Under the pieces are notes generated by a model. It was not told the DNA's origin and made no database searches. It saw only the letters and a list, made by a program, of their open reading frames with translations. The position numbers were made by a program, and so were the translations under genes. A DNA stretch of 64,000 nucleotides from the NCBI GenBank assembly GCA_043228905.1, contig JBHGNT010000015.1:2542001-2606000 (forward strand), read 5' to 3'. Of the stretch, positions 19,407 to 32,605 are shown piece by piece. Source of the stretch: Azolla caroliniana (Eukaryota > Plantae > Polypodiophyta). Every line of letters begins with the position of its first letter. Position 1 is the stretch's first letter.

Positions 19407-22400
19407 GTTCTAATAGTACTGATAGCCCAAATCTATTGAACAAATTGGAAGTCCTTAGTCAATTAGAAGAAGAGTTAAACGACTAAATTCAGCCAAAATA
19501 ACAGTCGTTTGGTTGGACAACCCTAGATCTATGCAACCCATTAGTGGTTCCATTCCCTTTAAGCAAGTTAGTAATGTGTTCTTAGCTCAAGTAATGGTTA
19601 GTACTAAAAGTACTACTCCAGTACATGTCTTAGCACTCTTAGATTCCGGAGCCAAATCTTGCTTCATGGATAGGAATTTTGCCCAAGCTCATTAGATATC
19701 CCTAAGAAAACTTTCTTGCCAAGCATTTGCAGTAGTTATTGATGGTCGTCCCATTGCTTCCGGAAATATCATAGAAGAGTCGGAGCCGATTCAGGTTGTC
19801 CTAGATAATTTGGTGTGTGTAGTATCATTTAATATAATTAGTAGTCCAGATCATCCAATTGTCTTGGGTTTACCATGGTTCAAATTACATAACCCAGACA
19901 TAGATTGGAGAACAAGAGAAATCCAGTATCGACAAACCCAAGGACCTACTCATAGGATTGCAACCATTTCGCTACATCAATTGCGTGAGAAAGGACACAA
20001 GGAAGAAATGTTTGTCTTCACAGTATCAATAAAACCTTCCAACACCACTAAAGAGGAATCCACAATTTAACTTCCAGAGAAGTATCGTCATTATGCCGAC
20101 GTGTTCGATAAGGTACAAGCCAGTACGCTTCCTCACCACTGACCGTACGAGTGTCCCATTGATTTACAACCGTGAAAAGAGCCACCATGGGGACCAATCT
20201 ACAACTTGTCACCAATCGAGCTAGAAGTCCTTCGAGCCTACATTGAGAAGAATTTGGCAAATGGTTTCATTCGACATTTGAAATATCCAACCGGCGCACC
20301 TATTTTCTTTGTCAAGAAAAAGGATGGATCACTTCGTCTCGTTGTATATTACCATGGCTTGAATAAGGTCACCATTAGGAATAGGTATGCACTTCCCCTT
20401 ATCTCGAGTCTTTTAGAATGGATCAATGGTGCAAAGTTCTTCACAAAGATCGACTTACAGGGAGCATATAACCTCGTACGGATCCGACTAGGAGATGAAT
20501 GGAAGACCGCATTTCACACCAAATATGGGCACTTCGAGTATACAGTTATGCCATTCGATCTCACTAATGCGCCAACAGTCTTCCATCACATGGCAAATGA
20601 TATATTCCGAGATCTCTTGGATATTTATTTGATCATCTATTTGGATGATCTAGTGGTTTATTCGAAGACTCAAGAAGAACATGATTCTCATGTACTATTA
20701 GTACTAAAACAACTTCGAGAACATGGTCTTTATGCCAAACTAGAAAAATGTAGTTTCGAGTGCAACCATGTGGAATTTCTAGGCTATGTCATCTCCTCGG
20801 AAGGCATCTCTATGGATCCAACTAAGGTCAAAATTGTGGTAGTTTGGCAGACTCCACGTTCGTTGTGAGATGTGCAATGCTTTTTAGGCTTTGCCAATTT
20901 CTACTGCAAGTTTATACAGGATTACTCAAAGCTTATTCTGCCTCTCACACAACTTACTAAGAAGGGGCAGATGTTTGTTTGGTCTAAAGAAGCAGACACA
21001 GATTTTTTGAGTCTTAAGAAAGCATTTACATTAGCTCCTATTCTAGCTCATGTTGATTCGAAAAAACCGTTCATTATTGAGGCAGATGCGTTAGATTTCG
21101 CCCTAGGTTGCATTATGTGATAGTAAGGCGATGATGAAAAGCTACATCCTGTGGCTTTCCACTCACGCAAGTTTGACGCCGCTGAAATCAACTACAAAAT
21201 ACATGACAAGGAGCTATTAGCAATAGTGGACTCTTTTACACAATGGAGGCATTTTTTAGACGGATATTCTCATCAAGTCACCGTATTTAGTGATCACAAA
21301 AATCTTGCGTACTTCCAGAATGCTCGTGTATTAAATTGATGTCAAGCTCGGAGGGCCCAATTCTTCACTTGTTTCGACTTCAAAATTACATATCGTCTTG
21401 GGAAGCAACAAGGGAAGGCAGATGCGTTATCACGACACTTGTATCTAGCACCGTGTCCCGGTGAGCCATTATTCGATAATAAAAAGCAAGTAATCATAGG
21501 ACCGACACAACTGCAAGCAACGTGGGTTTTCGATATGCCATCGGATTCCCACATTATCGATATCATACGTGAAGACTTGAAGACAGATGCTTTCGCTCAA
21601 ACCATTCTAGCACAAATTGATCCCTCTTGGGCATCTTGTTCACATTCGCAACAACCAGGTACAGACTATTGACAATTCGAATGTCATGATGGATTACTAT
21701 TCTTTAAGAAACTCTTGTATGTCCCTAGTGGTTCTTGTCTCCTTCGAGTAGTCCAAAATTGTCATGACACATATACATTGGGGCATTTCAGTAGTACTAA
21801 AACATTGGATTTAGTATGATGATCATTCTAGTGGCTTCATATGCAACGATTTGTCGAAGACTATGTTTGGACATGTGATACATGTTGCAGAGCAAAGATG
21901 CCAAGACATCATTCATCCATATGGTTTATTGGAACCATTACCAATTCCACGCAAGTTGTGGCAATCCATTTCTCTAGATTTCATCACAGATCTTGGACCA
22001 ATTTCAAAGGGATTCGATGCAATCTTAATAGTAGTAGATCAATATACGAAGATGACACATTTTCTGCCTTGTACGAAGGAAATCACTAGTGAAGAAACCA
22101 TCGAAACTATCATGCGTGAGGTATGTCGGCATCATGGCCTCCCCGACAATATCATCAATGACCGTGGACCCCAATTCGTCTCGAAATTCTGGAAGCATCT
22201 CTTCAAAATGCTCAAGGTCACTTGTAACCTCTCCTCCAGCTACCACCCGCAAACAGATGGACAAGCAGAACGAAAAAATCAAACGTTGGAACAATATCTT
22301 CAGTGTTTTCTAAGCTATCAACAAGATGACTGGGCGGATATTCTTCACTTTGCCAAATTTGCGCATAATAACTCTATCCACTCATCAACTTGGGTTACAC

Positions 22401-23799
22401 CATTTTTTGCTTATATAGGCTATCATCCTCGATGGTGTGTATTCGAAATTCCGGAGTTACCCACAAATCCTTGTGCAGAGGATCGTTTGGAGCGGCTACA
22501 CAAGATACAAGCAGACTTATCTACTCATTTACATCAAGCTCAACAAACACAGAAGGATTATGTGGATCGTCATTGGCTTCCATTCAGTTTAACATTGGAG
22601 ATCGGGTATGGCTATTACAACGACACATCAAGACTACTCACCCATGCGATAAATTAGACTATCGACGATTAGGTCCTTTTCGTATTATCGAAAAAATTAA
22701 TGATGTCGCTTTTCGTCTTGATCTACCTCCGCAACTACGGATACATCCGGTTTTTCATAGTTCTCTTTTGAAACCGTATTAAGACAACACTATTCCAAAT
22801 CGTATTACTCCACCTCCACCCCCAATCAAGCTTGAACCAAGACCGGAGTACGAAGTAGCTGCCATTCGATTCTAAGATTGTTCGCAACAAGCTCTACTAT
22901 TTGGTCGATTGGCTAGGCTATAGTCCAAGCGAGTGTACTTGGGAGCCAGTCGAGAATGTGGTAAATGCTTGAGCTCTTGTTGAGGACTTTCATCAGCAAT
23001 ATCCCGACAAGCTAGGTCCTCCATCTAAGACAACTCGTAACACTCGTCGTCTTAAGGGGGGGGGTAGTGTCATGATAAAGCATGGTATGGCTTCAAAAGG
23101 ATTTGAACCCATGACCTTGTGTCACATGGGTTGAAGCCTTACCATTAAGCTATACATTGTAATACAAAAAATATTATTTCCATTTATTATTTCACCTAGG
23201 AAATCCATGTATATTCTAGATTTCTCTGGAACATTCCAGAAATGTCAAGAGTATTCCTAAGCCACTATAAAAAGAGGTACACGACATTATTGAGAACCAA
23301 ATCGGTTCAATGCCCATTTTAAGCCTCCTAGCTATTCCTGTATATTCTCTTCATATAATATATATCTTTTATTATCATCGTTCTCTCTCTCTCTCTCTTT
23401 GGTGAAAACACACAATTATATTTATAAATGTGTGTAGAAAACACTACTTACAATGGGTGTGACCGTGAAGTATGGTCACCCACTAACTACACTACACTAC
23501 ACTACACTACATGGGTAGTGGAACATGTTGAATTGCCAATAGGCAAGACGAACATTCCACCGAGGAAAGGATTTCCACTTGCTCCAATAAAGAAAATTGC
23601 CACATTAGTACTCCCTTCAACTTTCGTAGATATGCTTTCACTCCATGTCTACCATCGAATACAAAAGCGTTGCGCATATTCCAATTATGATTCAATCCCC
23701 AATATCTCAAAAATAGAAAAACAATCTCCATCTCTGACTTTGGGTCCACCTGTGCAAATTGTGCACATACCCAATGTCTAGGTGTCAATTAACACCGTG

Positions 23800-26700
23800 A
23801 TAAAACTTGCCAAATTTAAGAAATGTAACTCCAAATCTGAGAGGCAATCAGGCATTGTATAAATCGATGAGTACTATCTTCCATTTGAACAGTGCAAAAA
23901 AGCAATTACCCGTTGCTAGTCCACGACACTTTAGAGCTAATCCCAAAGGCAATCCTCCAATCAAAACTCTCCAAATGAAGACCTTTGCTACAAGTTGTAA
24001 TTTAGAATGCCAACTACGTTGTAAGATTTGCCACCACCAATGATTAGATTTGTGTAATCTCCATTCTTCTTCAACCTTAGATGATAACCATCCAAGAGAC
24101 TCAACAGAGCAATGATAATAATGATTAGTAGTCACTTGTAACAACAATGTTTGACCCTTTAAACACCAATCAATTCACGATTGTTCTCCTGTTTGTAGAG
24201 GTAAGGGACCTTGCATCAATGGAATATTCTGTAGTTGTTGCCAAATAAACCCATAATTAGGCGGAATGCGTAATAATTGTCGTGCTTCAACAAACTCCAA
24301 AATTCTTTGATATGGAACCTCAACTATATCTCCCACCTCTTTGACCCCCAAACGAAACAAACGATTAAATTGAGAGCGTAATCTCTCCTTTCCTGGCCAA
24401 TATAATAACCAAGAAGACACAAGTAATTCTTTTTGCAAAGAATTACAATGCTCTCTACTAGATGATGGTTTCCATACACATAACAAGACAACTTCTTGCC
24501 ATGAGGTAACCAAGTGTTGAACACATGTAGAGCCCGAAATCCTAAGTGAAATACATCCATTTAGTAATTGCCACCATGAAGCCTTAATTATTGTCCTCCC
24601 ATGTGTTAAACCCTTGTTCTCAATGAAATATTGAACAATAGATATCCATGGTTGTGAGTTTGAACACATGTCTTGTGATAATGAAAATTTGCGAGCCATC
24701 ATATGCTTAGATAAGTTCAATACTCCAGCTTCCCCCAAGTGCTTAGGAGTTGCTAGATGATTCCATGCAACCCAAGTGATTCCCATCTTATCCCTTTTCT
24801 TCCACAACAAATATCGAAGAGGTTGCAAAATAGAATGCAAAGCCTTCTTTGTCCACAACAGCAATGGCAAGTAATATAATATCATAGGTTCCATAATACA
24901 TTGTACAACCTTCAAACGTACATGAAATGGCCAAGATTGTGATTTCCAATACATGAACTTATCCCTCAACTTACTAGACATCTATTCAATCAATTGACCA
25001 TTTGTAACATTCATTCCTAATGGATAGCCCAAGTGTCGAAAAATAGAGCCTTTCTTCACCACGGATCCTTGCCATCCTAAACATTCCAAATCCCTTTCAG
25101 TACATGATATGAGACTAGACTTCATCCAATTAATATGTAGTCCGGAAGCCAATGAAAATTGGTTCCATATAAGCATCCCCTTCTTAAGATTCTCTCGTGA
25201 GGCTTGTAGAAACATGAAAGAATCATCAACCAAACCTTGTGCAAGTAGTTGCCCTCCAGACGGAAGGTGTAGACCCACAATATCACCATTTGTTGCAAGC
25301 CTTGATAACATCATTAACAAGGGATGAGTAACAATAGCAAACAACAACAGGCTAATAGGGCATCCTTGACGAACGGATCTTGTAAGCGCAATATCTGATG
25401 TAACTCCTCCATTAAGCATGACTCGAGACACCGCATCTTGTCCTAATAAAAATATGAGGCGAGACATACGATGTCCAAAGCCCATTGTATGCATTAACCC
25501 AGAAAGAAAGGACCAATTAACATGATCATAAGCTTTCTCCAAATCTAATTGCACCATAATCAATTCTTGTTGAGTGTTTTGAGCATAATCCATGGCCATT
25601 TGAACATTCAACACATTATGCAATATATTCCTACCTACAATAAAACCATATTGGGCGGGATGTATCAACTTTGGCAAATACTTTTGTAATCTATTTGCCA
25701 AAACCTTTGTAAATATCTTATATAACCCCCCCATCAAAGAAATCGGTCTCCATTGATGAAATGACTCTGGGGGTGCCACCTTTGGAACTAATTTAATTAG
25801 ACCAACCTTCCAAGCTTGAGGCATACGACTAGAATCCCAAGAATGTTGAAACATCAAAGTTAAGGGCCCCTTTAAAATGTGTGAATATTGCTTAAAAACT
25901 TCATTTGTCAAGCCATCCCGACGAGGGCTCTTACCACTAGGAAGATGCCTTAAAACTGTGTCCACCTCGCCCTTAGTGAAATCCGCATCCAATTGATGAC
26001 TAATGAGGTCATCCACAATACATCCAACCACATCATAAAAGTCATGACATGCTCTACTCACCTCATTTTTCATTAACAATTGTGGGCCAATCAACTCCTT
26101 AAAGTAATGAACACATATGTCAATTATTTTTGTAGGATCCACTATCCATTCATCACCTTGCTTCACATATACCACATTAGATCGAGTATAAGTAGGATGT
26201 AACGCTTGGAAAAACAAATGGGATTGACATTGATTATCTATGAGCCCATCCCTCAATTGTCGCATCTTCGCATAATAATAACTTTGGCATTGCAACTGAT
26301 AAATAATAACATGCAATTGACTTTGGATATCCAAAAGCTCCTCATCTAAAGGTGCATGTATCAATAATGCATTACACCTAGAGAGAACTTGTGAGAATTT
26401 TAGAAGAAGACCTATTCTTCGTTGAGCATTAGTTACTCCATACATACGATGAACGATCTTAATATTTCATAATGTAATATCCCATGCTTTAACTCCTTTA
26501 AGATTCACTTCTTGTGAAAAATTTACCAAAATTTGCTCCATTAGAGAATCAAAGTGAGGCTGAAGCAAGAGAGAAGAGTTAAAGCGTAATGGAGGCTTTC
26601 CAAGTAAGGATTTATACATGTCAATCGCATGACCACAAATCTTTAAACAAATAGGAAAGTGATCTGAAGTTCCTACATCTTGTAAAACTGCCATACGAAG

Positions 26701-27333
26701 TGATGTCGGTAAAAAAGAATCATTGTGCATCACATACATTCTATCCAACCGACTCCATGTTTGTCTATGTTGAGTGGATTGGAAAGTAAAACCTGGATCA
26801 TTCCAATGCAACCGTGTCCAAACATTCAACTTCAAAACCTCCATAGCCAATGAATCCCAAGCAAGTTGCTCAAGATCATCCATGATTGAATGTTCAGATG
26901 TAGATTGAGATGCATCAATACCCATGTTAAAATCACCCATGACTAATCCTGGACGGCCCACACATAGGGTTTGATGGAGTGAGCCCCATAATGCAATACG
27001 TTGAGTGGCTTGGTTAGGGGCATAAATCCCAACCACCCGCACAACCTCGCCAAAAAAAGTGATTTCTAGAACAAAAAACTGACCATAAGGATCATTATGC
27101 ACCACCTAAGGAAAAGACTTATCCTGCACGATTAATACCACACCTGAATAATGATTCTTAAGATGTCCTGCATAGAATGATGAATATCCACACAAATGAA
27201 CTGTGGATCCTGCTAACTCATGACACTTATGCTCAACTGCACATATTATATCCCATTCTTTAATTAATAGAGTTTGCCATAATATATACTTCTTATGAGG
27301 AGAACATGCCCCTCTCACATTCCACGTTACCAC
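23800..27333 (-). pseudogene. LINE ORF2 (APE endonuclease, RT, zf-RVT) with in-frame stops
   Basis: VTWNVRG, GDFN, SRLDR, SDH endonuclease; WRPISL, LDLEKAYD, RQGCP, LVDD, RHLGYPL RT; AKVFIWRVL...LP. Confidence 0.9.
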
Positions 27334-27352
27334 TTTCGTTTAGTCAACAATG

Positions 27353-28915
27353 TTATGGGTGCACTTGCTCCTTTAGAGCAACCGATGTCATGAAACTAGT
27401 CAAAGCATGTTCCAATGTTGCATATGGATTTTCATGCACCACATCCTTAGAGTTGTCTATCAAACTCTTTTGTTTAGGTTCTCCCACTTGACGAAAACGT
27501 CGAGAATTCGATGAATTTACAACCCGTCCCAATGAATCAAATTGAAGGTGAAGGGGTAATCCCTTATCCCTAAATTGTCTTTGCCAAGGAGCTTTTCGAG
27601 GACCCTCCCTAGTTCTTGAATTACTTTTCCAAGTAGTCTCACAAGTAGTGGGCAAACTATTACGTTGCATATTCATTGATTTGCCCTTCGACTTGCCCTT
27701 AACCTGATGCCAATCCTTTTCAACAACAACATCATTACTAGTTCTATCCAACGATTTTTTCCCCTTATCTATAACCACCAAATTTTGTTTTTCCATATCT
27801 ATATATTGAGTTCCCTTATTCTTATGGCCCAAACCTTGAAGTGAAACCTCTTTATAACCTGCTCTAGATGATGTTCCTTCATCCAGAACAACCACCATAT
27901 CTGACACACCAACATCTCTCCCAACTCCTTCCTTACCATTCCCTTCATTAGGAACCTCTATAGTTGAAGGACAATGACGATGGCATTCCGCCATAAAGTG
28001 ACCCCATTCACCACATCCAAAACAGTGACCTGCAAATGTCTCCCACTTCAATTTAAAACAAAGTCTTTTCATTCCATGTGTGTTCATACACACCTATCGT
28101 GGCCTCTTACGACTTGTATCCCATAACACACAAAATCTGTTGCACTTATTTGTAGCATTTGCATGTGGAGAAACCAACACTTTACCCATTTGACTCATCA
28201 ACTTTGGTAAAAGTGGCCATAAAAAAACATGCTTACAATCCACAGTTACCCAAACAGGGCATTCTTGTTTCAAGAAAGCATGATAGTCCACAAGAGGGGA
28301 CCATTGCATTACATGCACCAATCGTTTATCAAAAAACACTGGAACTTTAGCCAATAATGCACTTCGATGTTCCAGTGAATGAAACACTACATAATAAAAC
28401 CCTCATGGTCCTGCATATATATTTTCAACACAATTTGGTGACACGATTGTGTTCAACCATTGTTTAATCCAATTAATGTATGGGAGTTTCCCAGTAAAAA
28501 ACAATATGACTGCACGATCATAGAATACATCAAAAGATTGCAACACTACCTTAACATCAACATCCACATCATGCACATCCTCATCATTGCATTCTTTCCC
28601 TGCATTTTCATTTTCTTACACCATATAAGACAATAAGGTATTGGCAATTCCCCATAAAGTATCCCAATTATAATTATCCTTGTCAACCTCATCTACATGT
28701 ATTACTTCAGCATATGTCACTTTTTTCTCATTAATTTCCTCAATGCCCTTAAACATCTTAGAGCTTCCAATGTCTTCCCTTTTACGATTACATTCAACCA
28801 TCACATTACTCTTTTTTGGATCAATTGTTTCCATATCGATGTCCCCCACAATTTGAGAGGAATTCATGTTTATATCCATTATTCTTGATGTGATAGTGAT
28901 CCGGGATAAAAACAA
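27353..28915 (-). pseudogene. LINE ORF1 (DUF4283-like region plus CCHC zinc knuckle) with stops
   Basis: CFGCGEWGHFMAEC knuckle; position immediately upstream of ORF2. Confidence 0.75.
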
Positions 28916-30381
28916 TTGTCCATGAACAAGAAAGACAACTGGAACTCACCCGATTGAAGAGGTCGAAGATGATGAATACAATCGAAGACCCGCAATGTGT
29001 GTTGAGTATGTGGATGCCAACAACACAATATTCCTTATTTTAATCGCTGCTTCTCGCATAGACCACCAAATTTAACTTGCTATATCTCGTTACGAAGCTC
29101 TAATCGAGGGCTTTCCAACGCATGCCTTTATGCTCGATTCCATTACCAAAAGAGAGTGCAACAATAAAAACAATTTCGCTTTTTCTTCCTCTCTCCACTC
29201 TTGCTTTTTTTTTTTCATTCTCTCACTCTCTCTCTCCCGAGAGTTCTAATGTACCCCTCTTAGTACTAATTCCCTCTCTATCTTAGTACTATTCCTGACA
29301 AGTACAATACATCAACGGGGCGATTCATTCATTAGGAATTTCTATTGATACTTATATAGAGGAAGTAGCCTTACATGTAATGAATCTTTGTACCACTGAT
29401 GTAATATTGGGTTATCCCTAGTTTTTTAGTAAAAACTCTTCTTTATCTATTGATTGGGTTCACCATTCCATTACCTTTGTATTGAACGATTGTACTCATT
29501 TTATTCAATGTGTAAATAAACAATCTCTTTCGATTGTTTCCTCTCCATCAATATCCGAGTTATCTTGTTCTTCTTTATTTTATTGTATACTTGATCCGAA
29601 CATTCACATCTATAATATCGATAATGTCTCAAGTCAATTATCATATTTTGAACAATAACAACTCAATGAAATCTTTAATGATTTTCGCGATGTTTTTCCG
29701 AGTGAACTACCACATGTGTTACCTCCTAAACGTAATATAGACCATTGTATAGATATTGTACCCGGTGTTGCACCAATAAGTATAACTCCTTATCGCTTAA
29801 GTCGATCTGAAGAGGATGAGGTATCTGAGCAACTCAAGGACTATTTACGAATGGTTTATATATGTTATAATAAATCTCCATGGGGTGCACCTGTTCTCTT
29901 GGTAAAAAAGAAAGAGGGCACATGGCATATGTGTACTAATTACCGACATTTGAATAAAGTGACGATCAAGAATTCATATCCATTGCCCTGGGCCGACGAT
30001 CTAATTGACCGTCTCCAGGGACCTTAGTATTTTATGAAACTTGATCTCCGTATAGGCTACCATCAAATTCGTATAAGTGAGGACAATGTTCCTAAAATGA
30101 CATTTTGTACATGTTATGACCATTATGAGTTTTTTGTTATGCCTTTCGGTTTGACCAATGCTCTGGCCACATTTTAACAAGAAATGAATGAAATTTTGAG
30201 AGAACAACTAGGAAAATTTGTCGTTATTTTCTTGGATGATATTCTAGTTCATAGCAGTACATTAGAAGAACATGCTAAACATGTCTCCTTTGTTTTACAA
30301 ACATTGCGTGACCAACAGTTTTACGCGAAGATCTCAATATGCGAGTTCTTCAAGAAACGAATTACTTATCTTGGACATCGT

Positions 30382-31259
30382 TGTCGTGAAGATCTGTCAC
30401 TACGTGCGGATCATGAGGTGGAACCGCTGGGGTTCTGGACCGAAAGGACTCGAAGTTTTTACTACCTTTAGCGAGAAAGGATTTAAGTTAGATTGAAAGA
30501 GAGAGAGATTGAGATAAGATAGAACACTTGATTTTAGATTGAGAGAGAGATTAAGATTGAACTCTTGACTTTAGATTTGAAGAACAAGGTATATCATCAA
30601 AAGGATAACGAATTTTCTTCTTAATATTAATTTTGATTTAAAGTACAAAGCTTTCTTTTATAAAAGAATCCCCCTTTGATCTTTTTCATCCCCTCTTTTA
30701 TAGATGCCCTCATGCATTTGAGGGTACAAGACATGCATAAAATGCATGTTTGCCATTTGGCGCTCATGTATTACATGTGGTGCATGATAACCACGTCACT
30801 CATGTTAGCTCTCATGTATGAGAATTTACATGTAAAGTTATAATGATAAAAATATAATCTCTAAATAAATGGTTTGGCTTAATGGTAAGCCTATTGCTTC
30901 CTATCTTGAAGGTGTTAAGATCGAGTCTTGCTTACATCTTTTTCTTTTATGCACAAAATACTATTAGGCTTTTGGACCAAATATCTTAAAGACACCATGC
31001 ACCACGATCAACCGACCCGACCGATCCGTCTGATTTGCATCTGTTTGGTCCAGTCTAGTCTGCATCCCGATCCGGTTCGGTCTGCATCCCGAGTCGCTTG
31101 CCGGTCACCGGCCGGTTGTTGCTTGCCGTCGTCGGCTCCGAACTGGCTCACCAGCTCTGTCGCCGGTTCAAAACCGGCTCACCGGCTCCGTCGCCGTTTC
31201 ATACTCAATTTCGTATGTTTTATGCGATTTTCACACCATTGTCGAAAATCTTCACGACA
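30382..31259 (-). mobile_element. Solo LTR, family D, with 4-bp TSD TCGT
   Basis: Termini TGTCGTGAAGAT / ATCTTCACGACA; interrupts the RT frame (YLGH|RITGQG); homologous to 61345-62453; orientation inferred from TATA on the minus strand. Confidence 0.85.
30868..30938 (+). promoter_or_regulatory. tRNA-like Pol III promoter module in solo LTR D1
   Basis: TGGCTTAATGGTAAGCC ... AGATCGAGTCT (decayed B box). Confidence 0.55.
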
Positions 31260-32152
31260 TCGTATAACCGGACAAGGTGTTGAAAATGATCCTTCTCGCA
31301 TCGAGAGAGTCAAACTTTGGCCCACTCTTCGGAATATTTGAGAAGTTCGATCATTGCTTGGTTTTGTCGAGTTTTTGCAAAAATCTATTCATAATTACTC
31401 CCAATTGATGACACCGTTTACTGATCTTCTCAAAGGTCAAACACATAAGTCTACAAAACCTATTGTGTGGAATGCTACACTAAACCTCACCTTTAAGGAA
31501 CTCAAGGACCTAGTGTGCAAGGCTCCTTCGCTTCTTTTACCCGATCCTTCAAAACCTTTTCAAGTTGAAACTGACGCAAGTGATTATGCTATAGGTGTCA
31601 TCCTATATCAAGATGGTAAACCAATAACATTTGAGAGTAAGAAACTTGATTCTGCTTAGTGTTGGTATACCATGCAAGAAAAGGAATTATTTGTAGTTAT
31701 TCATGCGCTAAAGACATGGCGCCATTATCTTTATGGAAATCGTTTTGTGATAACTATGGACCACGAGTCCTTGAAATATTTTTGTGGTCAACAAGACCTG
31801 AAAGGTCGTAAGGCACGATGGGCATATCTCATCCAAGACTTTGATTTTTCCATACGATATCGTAAAGGTTCCATGAACACTATCGTTGATGCTCTAAGTC
31901 GCATCCGTGAAGTTAACATGCTTATCTTCACTAAAATAACATCAGATCTTTATGATCACCTTCGAGGAAAGTATCCCGATGACAGTTATTTTGCAAAACA
32001 TTGGGCAAGAGTTGACTTTGGAATAGACACCACCACATCCTCAAGGGAATCCTTCCACATTGTTGTTGGCCTAAGATGCATCTATTGGCCTAAGATGCAT
32101 CTTGACATACATCGCTATGTGACTAAATGTCACCAGTGTGAGGTTAACAAAG

Positions 32153-32605
32153 GTTAATGGTTTTAGGGTTAGGGATGACGACTATGATGATAATAGGGTA
32201 GTGATAGGGATGGAGATGGCGAAGATGTTGAGAAGCATTGAGGGGTGGGGGGTGGTGCCTAGAATGGCTCCACCCCCCTCCCAAGGGGGTTCAATGTAAG
32301 GGAAGAGAGAGAGAAAGAGAGATGACAAGAGAGAGAGGGAGAGAACTATTCCTTCATTCTTCATTCATTCCCTATAAGGGGTTAAATAGTTACAAAAGGG
32401 TAGATACACAGGGGTGCAAGCCCCCTCGGACATTCACACCAATCACTCACTCACACCTCCTCGTATCCGTCCACATTCACACACACGTGTGAATGTGTAC
32501 ACATACGTAATTACTCACACTCACAATTAAACTTACACATTTACACACACATAAACAACATTATAACATTCTACCCTCACTCTCCGTACATCTCGTACGG
32601 TAACA
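32153..32605 (-). repeat. LTR-like fragment flanked by a ~110-bp direct duplication of host integrase sequence
   Basis: Minus-strand start TGTTACCGTACG at 32605; 32026-32152 is repeated at 32606-32713. Confidence 0.6.

Larger units (their letters stand above)
23399..29240 (-). mobile_element. Near full-length decayed L1-clade LINE inserted in the (CT)n tract of the 3' LTR of element B
   Basis: ORF1 with CCHC knuckle and ORF2 with APE endonuclease, RT and zf-RVT; LTR B sequence resumes on the far side. Confidence 0.9.
16756..29300 (+). mobile_element. Decayed Tcn1-like chromovirus, element B, with three nested insertions
   Basis: 5' LTR 16756-17525; 3' LTR 23068-~23398 resuming ~29250-29300; TSD AGTAC (16751-16755, 29301-29305); gag/pol homologous to element A with many stops and frameshifts. 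Confidence 0.92.
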
